A stretch of DNA of 64,000 bases from Eledone cirrhosa. Lineage: Eukaryota. How positions within the stretch are numbered: the first letter of the stretch is position 1; each line of letters begins with the position of its first letter. Below are positions 1 to 12,319 of the stretch, piece by piece. The notes beneath the pieces are model-generated. The model searched no databases and was not told the origin of the DNA. It saw nothing but the letters and a program-made list of their open reading frames with translations. A program made the position numbers and the translations under genes. The stretch lies in contig OZ024741.1 of NCBI GenBank assembly GCA_964016885.1, positions 372,620,001-372,684,000 of the forward strand. Direction: 5' to 3'.

Positions 1-2828
1 TAATCGCCGTGGTGGTGGTGTGATGGTCTACGTTCGTTCAAACTTTTCGGTAATTCCTTGCGTTGATTTGAACGAATCACAGGAAGAAGTTTTTTTCTGT
101 GACATACGTATGACCATGTCAACACTTCTGCTTGGTGTTGTTTATCGCCCCCCAAACTACCATCAGGACACACAGCTTTGCAATATCCTCAGAGTTGCTG
201 CCAAGAAAACAGCCACTTATGTGTTTATTGCAGGTGACTTCAATCATCCTGAGATCGATTGGGAAACCTTTCGTTGGCCACAAGGTGCAAATGATTTCCT
301 TGAACTCGTGCTGGACTCAAACTGGTCACAAGTAGTCACCTCTCCAACAAGAGGTGACAACACTTTGGACCTGATCTTCACCACTACTCCTGAAGTGGTT
401 ATCAGTTGTACTACTGAGGAACCTCTAGGCGACTCTGATCATGCTATGATCATTGCCAATCTGGCACTTGAGGGCAGCAACAAAAACCAGAGCCATCTCC
501 AATCTGCTTGCTTTGATTGGAAGAAAGCAGATTGGAACTTGTACTGCACTGAGCTACAGCGCCCAAACTGGCATGAGATGTATAACTCTGGAGATGTGAA
601 CACTATACTCCAGAGCATCCTGGACTCAATATGGATAGTGTGTGCAGCATCGGTGCCACGTAAGCAGAAAAAAAAACACCCCAAAAGTGCAATTTGGGAA
701 ACTTCAGTGGTCCGACTTGCCAGGAAAGAACGTCGGAACTATGAACGGGAATATAAACTGCATAAATCAGATGCCAACAGAAAAAAGCTGAATAAATCTT
801 CTAACCATCTCAAGCAAGTGACAAAGAAGGCAGTGCTTGAATTTGAACAGTGCATAGCAACCAATCCTGACAGTAAGGTGTTCTGGAAATATGTTCATTC
901 AAAGCAGAGACCTCACTCTCCAGTTGGTCCTCTTCGCAATCCCCACACAAGCCAGATCACTGACGATCCCAAAGAATGCGCAGAACTCATTGCTGAATGC
1001 TATGCAAGTATTTTTACTGTTGAAAACCAGAATGTACCATCTCCACCATCTCTAACATCAAATTCCATAACAACTATGGAATTTACACCGGCAATGTTGC
1101 GACGTCACCTTAAGAATAAGCGCAACTATGCCTCCCCTGGTCTTGATGGTGTGACATACCTGCTTCTCAAATGTGGCGGGTATTTCCTTTTGCGCCAGCT
1201 TTCTTTCTTCTTTCAATACTGTCTCAACAATGGTGCTACTCCGGAGCAGTGGAAAACTGCCAGTGTCATTCCCCTGTTCAAAAAGGGCAACCGCATGTCA
1301 CCTGTCAACTATCGTCCAGTCAGTCTTACTAGCTGTATGGCCAAACTGATGGAATCCTGTGTCAGAGAAGCACTTTGGAACTTCTGGAGCTCGCACAGCC
1401 TCATCCGGCCCTCACAGTTTGGATTTATCCCTAACTCCAGCTGCTGTGATCAGCTTATCGAGTTCCTTGAAGACATCACCCGGATCACTGACAACGGCTC
1501 ATGGGTGGATGTTGTTTACCTTGACTTTGCTAAGGCTTTTAATTCTGTGCCACACAAAAGACTTATGGCAAAACTCTCTGCAATGGGTGTGAGGGATGAT
1601 CTTTTCGACTGGTTGAAATCCTTCATTCTCAGCCGAAAAGAAGTAGTCACGGTTCTAGGACAGCATTCTTCACCATATGAGATGTCATCTGGTGTACCAC
1701 AGGGATCTGTTCTTGGTCCCCTTTTGTTTGTGGCATATATTAATGACATAGATGCCAACTTACAGAATGCCACGGTACTGAAATATGCAGATGACATCAA
1801 GCTGTACCTTGAAATCAAAAGGACTGATCCTGAAATTTACAACTCGTTCCTACAATCAGACCTGGACACAATGCAGCAATGGATCACAGACTGGCAACTG
1901 AAGCTGGCTGTGGACAAGTGTACCACCATGCATTTTGGGAGGAAAAATCCAGCGTCCACATACTCCCTCCACAACACTGATATCAAGAAGTCCTCTTGTG
2001 AACGTGACCTGGGCATTACTGTCAGCAGCGATTTACGTTGGACAAAGCATGTCTCTAAGATTGTCAAGAAGGCCGAGGGTGTCTTGGCATCACTCAGCAA
2101 GACCTTTGTTAGCCGCTCTCCAGCCATCTATTTAAAAACTGTATACAGCTATGGTACGACCACACTTGGAATTCGCATCATCAGTCTGGAACCCCTATCT
2201 TGCTCAGAACATTGACCTCCTGGAAACTGTTCAGAGACGTGCAACCAAGCGCATACCCTCCATCAGACACCTACCATACTCTGAACGCCTTGCTTCCCTG
2301 GGCATGGATTCATTGAAGCTCCGACGTCTGGCAATGGACTTGGTAAATACCCACAAAGTTATTAACCATCTCGCCAATTGCAACCCTGAGCACCTTTTTG
2401 ATCTCCATGTGTCTAACACATGTGGACATGCCTACAAAATCAGAAAACAGCACAGCTCCCATGACTTTCGTAGACATTTTTTCACGCTCAGAGTTGCTGA
2501 AGCATGGAACAAACTGCATGCGTCAGTTGTTAGCTGCCGAGACACTGCATCCTTTAAGACACCCATGCTTTCCGAAATACGCCAAAACTACACCTGATGT
2601 ACCCCTTCCATACACATGCACACATGTGTGTATCATGACTCGTGCACTGTTCATTTTCCTGATGTTTGTGCATTGCCCTATGTACTGTACATGCACTTTT
2701 TGATGAGTTGTGGTGCACCTGGGCACTGTACACAATATTTCATTATTCTTTCATCCTTACTGGGTCGATAAAATAAAGTACCAGTAATGAACTGGGTAAT
2801 TGCTGGCCTTGTGCCAAAAGTAGAAAAA

Positions 2829-2862
<34 letters not shown>

Positions 2863-2980
2863 CATGACTCATACACTGTTCATTTTCCTGACATTTGTAC
2901 ATTATTCTATGTACTATATGCACCTTTGATGAGTTGTAGTGCACCTGAGCACTGTACACAATAATTTCATTATTATTATT
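1..2980 (+). mobile_element. CR1/L2-type LINE (APE endonuclease + RT ORF2), 5' end outside the window, one frameshift, duplicated 3' tail ending in (ATT)n
   Basis: ORF 20-2215 has the EN motifs YRPP, AGDFNHP, LDLIFT and SDH, and the RT motifs YLDFAKAF, GVPQGSVLGPLLF, YADD and ERDLG. ORF 2151-2597 continues with the CR1-type C-terminus VRPHLEFASSVWNP...VQRRATK. An extra A in the A5 run at 2134-2138 breaks the frame. Confidence 0.93.
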
Positions 2981-3044
2981 AAATACCCCCTCCCCTCTCT
3001 CTGAATAATTGTGTTTTTCCTCAAGAAAATGTTTTCCTTTCTTT

Positions 3045-3209
3045 CCTCTTCTCACTTTCTATCTTTCTATTTCATCTTTTATTTCTCATTCTATCTTCTG
3101 ATGAAGGACTAGTGTCCAAAACGTTAAAACTTTTTTCCTACTATATCAAGCGTTAAACTAATATTTTCATTGTACTGTGTCATTTGCTCTGTCATTTCTG
3201 TTTGCTTTT

Positions 3210-3212
<3 letters not shown>
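3045..3212 (+). repeat. Penelope-like/retrozyme-like repeat with a degenerate hammerhead core (copy 1; copy 2 at 63160-63318)
   Basis: CTGATGA(3098-3104)-A-GGAC-tagt-GTCC-AAAACGTT. The flanks align with 63160-63318. Confidence 0.65.
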
Positions 3213-3259
<47 letters not shown>

Positions 3260-3601
3260 ACCTGCCTTCCCATGGGCACAGGCTGAAGCTGAAGCATATA
3301 TATAATATGCACCACCCCTATCCCATCCTCCCATACATTTCCCATGAGGACAGGCTGAAGTATACATCTAGTGAAGCCTCCAGCCTATACTGTAAAGTGG
3401 TCGTGATGGCGACACAACAAAAAGCCCCCAGTACTCACTGTAAATGTGGTTGGCATTAGGAAGGGCATTCAGCTGTTGAAACCAAGCCAAAATTAGTTCT
3501 GTAGGAGCAAGACATGGTCACCTGACCTGGCTTTGCTCAAAACAGGACAACTCATCTAACCTATGCTAGTGTGGAAAAAGGAATGTTAAACGGTGATGAT
3601 G

Positions 3602-3634
<33 letters not shown>

Positions 3635-3641
3635 GTAAATG

Positions 3642-3882
3642 TGGAGGCATGTGGCCTAGTGGTAAGGGTATTGGACTTACGATCATAATGTCATGGGTTT
3701 GATTCCTGGGTTGCGTGTTGTGTTCTTGAGCAAAAACATTTCATTTCACATTGCTCCAGTATACTCAGCTGAAAACGAGTACCAGCAATAGTTGGGGGTT
3801 TAACCCTGCAATGGACTGGCGTCTTGTCCAGGGGGGAGTCTTGTACTCTCAGTCGCTTCATGTCATGAAACCGGGATGAGCC
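3642..3882 (+). mobile_element. tRNA-derived SINE with CORE-like and V-like domains
   Basis: A-box-like TGGCCTAGTGG and B-box-like GGTTTGATTCC, followed by ttgagcaa...ttcacattgctcca and ccctgcaatggactggcgtcttgtccagggg. Related copies lie at 9311-9577 (-) and 51374-51656 (+). Confidence 0.75.
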
Positions 3883-4964
3883 TTCTGATTTTAGATGTAG
3901 TAAACACTTCTCTGTGCTTACTTGCAACACTGCACAGTAGATTTAGATCTCATAATGAACTCTTAGATTTACATTTACCCTGGACTGCTCCATGCCAACA
4001 CGTTCGACAAAATGTTTTGTGGCATTTAGTTACGGACCTTTATGTTCTGAGTTCAAATTATTTTGAGGTTAACTTTATCTTTCCTCTTTCTGAGTCAATA
4101 AAATAGAGTGCCAGTCAAGTACTGGGGTTGATTTAAGCGACTTTCCCCTCCCCTAGAGTTGCTGGCCTTCTACCTGAATTAGAAACCAAAATAGAACCAG
4201 TTTCTGTTTTCACTTTTGCTTCGTAGAAATTTTGTCAGAAAAATACTTCTGTTACTACTCTTTCCACATATGTTCTACACCTGCTGAGAAGAACAAAAAA
4301 GAAAGACAATTCCTAATACTTCAAGGAAGTATGTTGTAAAATTACATGTGATAAGAGCAATTTTGTAACCAATACTTGCAGTGTTTCAATCTGGTGAGAC
4401 GACTGAGCATAGAAAAATACAATGAATCTACACATGTTGGGCGACTGAAAGGCTAGGCCAGATATATTGATTATGTTATCAACAGTAATATCTCACCATG
4501 TGTGCTTTTATAATTATATATATATCTGTAATCAATCAAAAGAATACACCCAGTGTGTTTGTGTATATAAATATCATCATCATCATCACCTTTTAACATC
4601 TATTTTCCATGCATGTATGGGTTAGACGGGTCATCTATGTTATGAGAGAAGTTTAGCCGTGCTGTATCTTGCTCAAATGAAACTGTATTTTGGCTGGGAT
4701 TTTTACAGCTGGATGCCCTTCTTAACACCAACCACATTTACAGTGTGTATATATATATATATATCATCATCATCATTTAACATCCACACACACACACATA
4801 TATATATAGTATAAGAATAAAGGAACAAAGAGTCAGTGTTGCATCATAACATATTACATATGTTTCACTGTTGATGAACTCGAGAAACGATACTTTTATC
4901 CTATTATACCCTGCTCTGTGCGAGCATCCGGCATACTGCCTACGGACACAATTTTCTTGCACCT

Positions 4965-5886
4965 ATCATCATCATCACCGTTTTACGTCCATTCTTCCAT
5001 GCTAGCATGGGTTAGACGGGTTGTCCTGTTGTGGGCAGTGTCTGGTCGTCTGACCATGCCTTGCTCATACAGGAACTGATTTTGGCTTGACTTCTACAGC
5101 TGCATGCCCTTCCTAACACCAACCTCATTTACAGTGAGTGCTGGGTGCTTTTTTCCGTGGCGCCTACATGTCCACTTTACAGTGTGGGCTGGGTGCTTTT
5201 TTGCTGTGGCGCCTCCACGACCACTTTGCAATAGGAGGGTGTGGGGGCATATTGTCTATATGCTTCAGCTTCAGCTTGTACCTATGGGAGGTGGGTACTC
5301 TGTATTACTGTGTGACGCCAGAGGTTACTGTCGTGTGTCATCGCCTTTGAGAGGTATAATTGGGTAAGGTTGGCTTTTATCACCTCTTCCCACGGTTTCC
5401 ATTGACTTCTAGTGCTCTGCACCTTTTTATGCAGCTGTCATCCTTCATACGCATCACATGTCCATACCAACGCAACCACCTCTCCTACACACAGCATTTG
5501 ATTCCTCTTATGCTCAGTCTCTCTCTCAATTCATTTATGCTTTGCCGTTCGCGTATATTACTGTTACACATCCATCGGAGCATGCAGGCTTCGTTTCTTT
5601 CTAATCTACATAAGTCTTCCACCTTCAGCGCCCAGGTCTCACTACCATGTAACATTGCTGTTCGGATACACGCATCATACAGTCTGCCTTTCATTTTGAG
5701 GGAGAAACCTTTTGCAGCTAGCAGTGGCAGTAGTTCCCTGAACTTCTTCCATCCCGTTCTTACCCTAGTTATTGTAGTTTCTGAACACCCACCTCCGCTG
5801 CTAATTTGGTTACCTAGGTAGCAGAAGCTGTCTACTGTTTCTACAGAGCCCTCCCAGAGATTGGTGGTACTTGTTTCCTGTGGCTG
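4965..5886 (-). mobile_element. 5'-truncated RTE-clade LINE
   Basis: Minus-strand peptide KGRLYDACIRTAMLHGSETW matches the intact ORF at 37900-41070; RTE 3' UTR and (TGA)n tail present. Confidence 0.9.
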
Positions 5887-6265
5887 ATATATATATCTGT
5901 GTGTGTGTGTGTTTGTAACTCTTTAAAATTTATGCACACAAACGTACATGCAATGCATTTCCTATCTTAGTCAGGTTGTTATAATAAGTTCACTTTTCAA
6001 TCACGAAGTTCTGAGTTCTCATCCTACATTTGTCTATGTAAATGTCATTTCTCTAAAGTTACACATACACATATATATGTTGGTCCTATCTTTAATCATT
6101 TCCACGTGTCAGTAATCAACATAAACTATAGGGTTTCTCTTATGCAATTTGTATGATTGTACATATATCTGATAATCCTAGTATAAATGGTATACCAATC
6201 CTGGACTCCCAAAATTAAATATGTTTAACACCATTGCCATCATTATTGACAGCAGTGGTTGACTA

Positions 6266-6299
<34 letters not shown>

Positions 6300-6303
6300 T
6301 AGT

Positions 6304-6640
6304 GGAGGCACATGGCTCAGTGGTTAGAGCATTGGCCTTGCAATCGAAAGGTTGTCAGTTCAATTCTCAGACTGGGTGATGTGTTGTTTCCTTGAGCAAG
6401 ACACTTTATTTCACATTGCTCCAATTTACTCAGCTGTAGAAATGAGATGGTAGGACTGGGGTCCATATCATTCCACTGCAAAGTGGTCGTGGAGGTGCCA
6501 CGGCAAAAAAGCACCCAGCACTCACTGTAAATGAGGTTGGTGTTAGGAAGGGCATCCAGCTGTAGAAATCAAGCCAGAATCAGTTCCTGTCCCACCCTTG
6601 CAAGCAGGGAAAAGTGGACGTAAAATGAAATGATGATGAT
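6304..6640 (+). mobile_element. tRNA/CORE-like SINE with an RTE-derived 3' tail
   Basis: Head TGGCTCAGTGG...AGTTCAATTC. The tail aagcacccagcactcactgtaaatgaggttggtgttaggaagggcatccagctgtagaaatcaagcc matches the RTE 3' UTR at 20510-20575 (-). Ends in (TGA)n. Confidence 0.85.
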
Positions 6641-7282
6641 ATATAAATAGCTGTTTACTTTCCTGTGAGAAGTTTGTAGAATGATTATCTTAACCCTTTT
6701 GATACAAATCTGTCTGAAACTGATCCTGGTCCTATGGAACAGAAGTTTTAAAGTATTTATATTTATCTAAAAACTTTCCTTTATAATTTTATGTATGAAC
6801 CTTTGTTAAGTAGTTTTACAAACACCAACTTACCATCATCATCGCTGTCTAATATCTATTTTCCATGCTTGCATGGGTTAGACAGGCTGTCACTTTATGC
6901 GGGTAACAAGGTCAAGTAACCACATGCTGCTCATACGATCTGCGTGTGCTGTGAGCTTTTTTCTGGCACCACCACTACTACTTTACAGGGTGGACAGGGT
7001 GCTTTTTGTCGTGACATGAGTATAACCACCTTACATGATGAACTGGGTACTTTTTTGTTGTACCAGCATGGCCACCTTATAGGATGAAGTGGGTACATTT
7101 TGTCATTTAATAATGTGAAAATTAATTATATTACTAAATCATTCTAAATTCTTGATTAGTTTAAAAATGATTTGAAAATCATAGTTAGTGTCATTAGAAG
7201 TATAGCAATGAATGGCTTAATTGATGTTGCACACAGATAGAGTTACTCATATTTTATATAAGATCTTTTATTTCTTTTATAG

Positions 7283-7331
7283 AATGAAATGCTACATCTT
7301 TTTCAACAAACAGTAACTGGAAAGTCTTCTG
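7283..7331 (+). CDS. TTC31: TTC31-like gene, first visible exon (NEMLHLFQQTVTGKSS; phase 0 to 1)
   Basis: Acceptor tttcttttatag and donor GTGAGT; phase fits the next exon. Contains an in-frame ATG, but upstream exons are likely. Confidence 0.6.
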
Positions 7332-8481
7332 GTGAGTAAAATTCATTTTTTGTTTATTTCTTCAGATTTTTTTTATTTCATTAAAATGTTTTTAAAAAAA
7401 TGTTCTCCCTATTATTATATATCACCATTTTCTCTCTATTATTTTCTCTCATCATTTTCTCCCTATTATTATATATCATCATTTTATGCCTGCTTTTCCA
7501 CCATGACACAAGTGAGACATGAAGATGATATAACTCTTCATTTCTCCTTTACTTTACAACTCATAAATGACATCTACATATAGATGTCATTTATGAGTTG
7601 TAAAGGAGAAATGAAGAGTTATAAAAGTACCCAGTTCATCATGTAAGGTGGTTGTACTCATGTCATGACAAAAAGCACCCTCTCCACCCTTCAGCCACAC
7701 ATGTATTGCTTCTAAAAACAGAAAGACCTTGAATATTTCAGTTCCCTTAATCCCTCTTAGCATCAGTAAACTGGCAGAGTCATTAGAATCTCAGATAGAA
7801 TCACCCTCATCATTATTCAACATCTATTTTTCCATGCTTGCATGGGTTAGATGTGTTGCTACATTATGAGACAAATCAGGTCTGGTAACCTTGTCTTGCT
7901 CATACAGATCTGTATTTTGGCTTGGTTTCTACAACTGGATGCCATTCCTAACACCAACCACATTATATTGTGGACTGGGTGCTTTTTATCATGGCACTGA
8001 AATGACCATCTAACAGGGTGGACTGGGTGCTTTCTGTCATGTCACCTGCATGACTACCTTACAGGGTACACTGGGTGTTTTTCTGTCATGCCTCCAGCAC
8101 AACCACCTTACAGGGAGAGGTGAATTGGGTGTATTTTTATTCTTGTGTCAACATATGACCACCTTACAGACTGCTGGGTGCATTTTTTTCATATCACAGT
8201 ATTCATTCCAGCTTTCTGCTCTCTGAGTTTACATTCCACCAATGTCAGTTCTGACTTTCATCTTTTAGAGGTTGACAAAAAAAAAGGTTCCTGTCTAATA
8301 CTGGAGTTGATTCTTCCTTTATATTTCTTTCTTATGCTCTCGCTTTGTCTCTGGAAGAAGTTGGCTGTGTTCAGACTTGGAAAGGGTTGGGTTCTGCCAG
8401 GTTTAAAATATGCACTTCATGCCATATGTCTTGATTGTGCCTCTAAGACTGAACCAGAAGTTACAGATCCATACATACATA

Positions 8482-8678
8482 TGAGAGTTGGCTGAAAAGT
8501 TCATATGCTGACCAAGATACTCTCATGGAATGACCAAATGAGGTTTATTTTTCAACATAGTTCCTGGAAAGAAACAATGCTGTTATTAATATGAAGAGTT
8601 GAAATTAATGCATGCAAAATTTCAAGTTCTAGCATCACTCCTTCATAGTCAGCCTATAAACTTTTCAGTTGACCCTCG
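8482..8678. mobile_element. Mariner-type MITE
   Basis: Imperfect TIRs tgagagttggctgaaaagtt / aacttttcagttgaccctcg, flanked by TA. Confidence 0.65.
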
Positions 8679-9310
8679 TATATGTGACACTGTAAAGGTG
8701 TATGCATGTAAGCATGGCAAATGGTTTCTGTAGATGATCCATGCTGGTAAGTACATTCGTCTGGGAGATTTCTGTCTTTTTGCTATATTTTGTTGAAAGA
8801 ATGTTTCATTCTCTTAATTAAAAGAGTGGGTGTGTTTTGCTGAATGCTTAGGAATTTTTGTGAGGGGTTTTTCATGAATAAATTTAGTAAATTTAAATTT
8901 GATTTTGTCAATATGTTCTACTATTTTTCATTAATCACTGTTTACATGAGATGCTGTATATATCCAGTTAGGTTAGCTTCAGCACATTATTATCCTCATC
9001 ACCATTTAAGGTCTATTTCTATACTTGCACGTGTTAAACAGGTTGTCATATACTGAAGCTAGATTAGTCCAGTGATCATGTCTTGCTCATCCACTCTATT
9101 TTGGGCTTGGTTTTACAGTTGGACTGGGTGCATTTTATCATGGCACTGGCACTACTACTTTAGTAGTAAGTTCTTCTTAACGCTAACCACTTAACAGTGA
9201 CTACTGTGACTATGGTTTCTATGGCTGGCTGCCCTACCTAATACCAGTCACTTTACAGCAAATACTGAATATATTTGTAAAGTCCACTCTGAACTATGAC
9301 TAAAAAAAAG

Positions 9311-9577
9311 GCCTAGAGTCTGGAGTCCGGAGGCTCATCAGGCCAGTGCTTATCCCGGTTTCCATGGTGTGAAGCAACTGAGAGTACAAGATTTCCCCTA
9401 AACAGGATGCCAGCCCATCACAGGGTTAAATCCTCAGCTATTGCTGGTACTCATTTTTGGCTGAGTATAGTGGAGCAATGTGAAATGAAGTGTTTTGCTG
9501 AAGAACACAACACAAGGAATTGAACCTATGACATTATGATTGTAAGTCTAACACCCTTACCACTAGGCCACATGCTT
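9311..9577 (-). mobile_element. tRNA-derived SINE (same family as 3642-3882)
   Basis: Reverse complement carries the same head, CORE-like segment and gaaaccgggataagcac tail. Confidence 0.75.
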
Positions 9578-9888
9578 GAACGATGTACACTTGGAAAACT
9601 TTGATCACAACTCTGTTTTTATTAGACCTTCTCAGAAAATTTGAACTAAGCCTTGCAAACTAATGAAGCACATGATTTAGTGGTTAGGGTGTTAGACTCC
9701 CAAGCATAATATTGTAAGTTTGATTCCTGAACTAGGCAATGCAGTATGTTCTTGAGCAAGACTTTTTATTTCATATTATTTTTTGTGATAGGACTGGGGT
9801 CCTCTAATATTAAAACACCTGAGAAACTTCCTACAAGAGGTCTTAAGGTCCTTATTAGTTTATTATTATTGTTATTTGAATTTTTCAG

Positions 9889-9951
9889 CAACTGCTAATG
9901 GATATGGCTCTTCAGATGAAGGTGATGATGAAGATGAAGATGACTGCTTTG
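9889..9951 (+). CDS. TTC31: TTC31-like exon (ATANGYGSSDEGDDEDEDDCF; phase 1 to 1)
   Basis: Acceptor tttttcag, donor GTGAGG, acidic open frame. Confidence 0.7.
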
Positions 9952-10984
9952 GTGAGGATGATACTATGTTTCTAGAATTCTTCAAATAAATCTCTAAAAA
10001 AAGAGTTTTGTAATACAAATTATTGTTTATAAAGGGTTTTGGTGTCATATGTGAACATACTCAGAGGAGTGAGGCAGAGCTATATGCCTGTGTATATTGC
10101 CATAGTGGAACAATAGCAACAATAAATAATTAGGGGGTCCAGTGCTGGACTTACCTATTAGCTAAATATGCTATAGCTTAAGGCCACACACCTTTGGGGG
10201 CTTCATTTTTTAAAATATATTTTTAGTTTATCATTAGTTTTTAACACTAAATCATCAAAAATTATATATATATATTATTTATTCTTTATCATTAACATTA
10301 ATATAAAAAAATAATAATAATCATGTATAATTACTTTAAATGTTTTACCTGAATCTTTTTAGAGAAGAACCTCAAATGTCATGTATATGACATTTTTGAT
10401 AAAAGAAATGATTAAATTCAGTGAGTTAATATAGATTAAGCAGTCTATCTCTGGATATTCATATTTTTGCATGATTGGCCATCTTCAGCATCATGTTAGT
10501 CAGCAAAAAATTAAAGGATTGAAATGTTTATGCATGCATGGTCCCATATTGATATATGCGTTTCTAGGGCATTTTAAAACCCAGTGGAGCCCATCTCTTC
10601 TCCAGGTCTGAACATAGCAGATTTCTTTCAGAGAAGGACAGATAGCGAGAGAATGGAAGTGATAAAGAGATTTAGCGGAAGAATTGACTCAAGTACTAGA
10701 CTGGTACATTTTTTACCTACCTCGAATGGATGAAAGGCAAAGTTAACTTCGGCAGGATTTGAATGCTGAAAGCCGAAATGAATATCGCAAAGCATTCTAT
10801 CCAACATTCTAACAACTCTGTCAATTTTCCATCTTGAAATGGTCATATGAATAGCTAAAAAAAATGAAAAGTAATGGTTTGATAGGGAAATACTATATAG
10901 AGAGGAAAACGGAACAGAAGAGGGAACTGCAAAAAAAAAACCCCCTGAAAATATTGGCAGATTCAGAAAATGAGAATCTGTGAT

Positions 10985-12141
10985 GGGTTTTACTAGATTG
11001 CACGTAATTTTGTTTACAGCTGTTAGTTCAGTGTCAATTTTAACATGGAGTGCAAAAACGAACATTTTCGCCATATTTTGCTTTTTTATTTCCGTAAAGG
11101 CAAGAAAGCTGCTGAGGCTCACAAAAAGATATGTGAAGTTTATGGTGTTGATTGCTTAACAGAACGTACATGTCAGAAATGGTTTAAAAAATTCCATTCT
11201 GGAGATTTTTTCACTCAAAGATGGCCAAAGTTCTGGTCGACCGATAGAAGTTGATGATGACTGAATGAAAGCCATAATTGAATCTGATTGTCATATAACT
11301 GTGTGAGAGATTGCAGAGAGGTTAAATGTATCACACACAACAATTGAAAATCACTTACAACATCTTGGACTCATTAAGAAGCTCAATATTTAGGTTCCAC
11401 ATAAATTGAAAGATATTCACTTAACACAATGAATCAATATTTGCGATATGAAATCGACTTTTTTTTAAAATGAATCATCACTGGTGATGAAAAATGGATT
11501 GTCTTACAATAACATCAATCGAAAACGATCATGGTCCAAGTGTAATGAACCAGCAAAAACTACATCGAAAGCTGAATTGCATAAAAAAAAAGGTCATGCT
11601 GTCAATTTGGTGGGATTACAAAGGTGTTGTGTATTTTGAGCTGCTTCCAAGGAACCAAACAATCATGAACCAAATGAGATGTTTACTATCAACAACTAAT
11701 GAAACTGGAGGAAGCAATCAAAGAAAAACGGCCAGAATTGGCAAATCGTAAAGGAATCGTGTTCCACCATGACAACGTTAGACCACACATATCTTTGTTA
11801 ACTCGTGAAAAATAATTGGAACTTGGTTGGGAAGTGATGTCACATCCACCATATAGTCCTGACCTTGCACCATCAGATTACCATTTATTTAGAAGTTTGC
11901 AAAATTCTTTGAATGGTAAAACTTTCAATAATGACGATGACATGAAATTGCACTTGCTTCAGTTTTGGGCTGATAAGGACCAGAAGTTCTATGAGCGTGG
12001 AATCATGAAGTTGCCAGAAAGATGGCGAAAGGTTATCGAACAAAATGGAAAATATATAATTGATTAAAGTTCATTCTTTGTATGAAAAAAATGATTTTTA
12101 TTTCACACTAAAAAACCGAAATTATTTTCTTGTCAACCCAA
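10985..12141 (+). mobile_element. Defective mariner transposon (transposase pseudogene)
   Basis: Fragments MECKNEHFRHILLFYFRKG...TCQKWF, KKVMLSIWWDYKGVVYFELL and HPPYSPDLAPSDYHLF with stops and frameshifts. The right TIR ends ...ttgtcaacccaa+TA; no clear left TIR. Confidence 0.92.
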
Positions 12142-12290
12142 TAGAAACCCTTTGATCATTAGAGCACCCTTAAAAACTTCATCTTCATTGGAAATAATTA
12201 ACTTAGTGAAATCTGTACTATTTATGTAGACCGCCATTTTATTGACCAGCCTGCCTCTGTAACTTCTCTTTTTTTCTTTTTTTTCTACAG

Positions 12291-12319
12291 ATGCCAATGA
12301 AAGACAATTAACAAAAATG
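12291..12319 (+). CDS. TTC31: TTC31-like micro-exon (DANERQLTKM; phase 1 to 0)
   Basis: Long polypyrimidine tract + tacag acceptor; donor GTAATT. Confidence 0.7.

Noticed and set aside
3642-3712. tRNA genes at SINE heads
   Set aside because: A/B boxes are present, but the cloverleaf is degenerate and runs into SINE body sequence.
9325-9365. GAAAC...CTGATGA on the minus strand suggesting a type II hammerhead
   Set aside because: It is part of the SINE tail, stems II and III do not form, and the sister copy at ~51625 reads CTAATGA.
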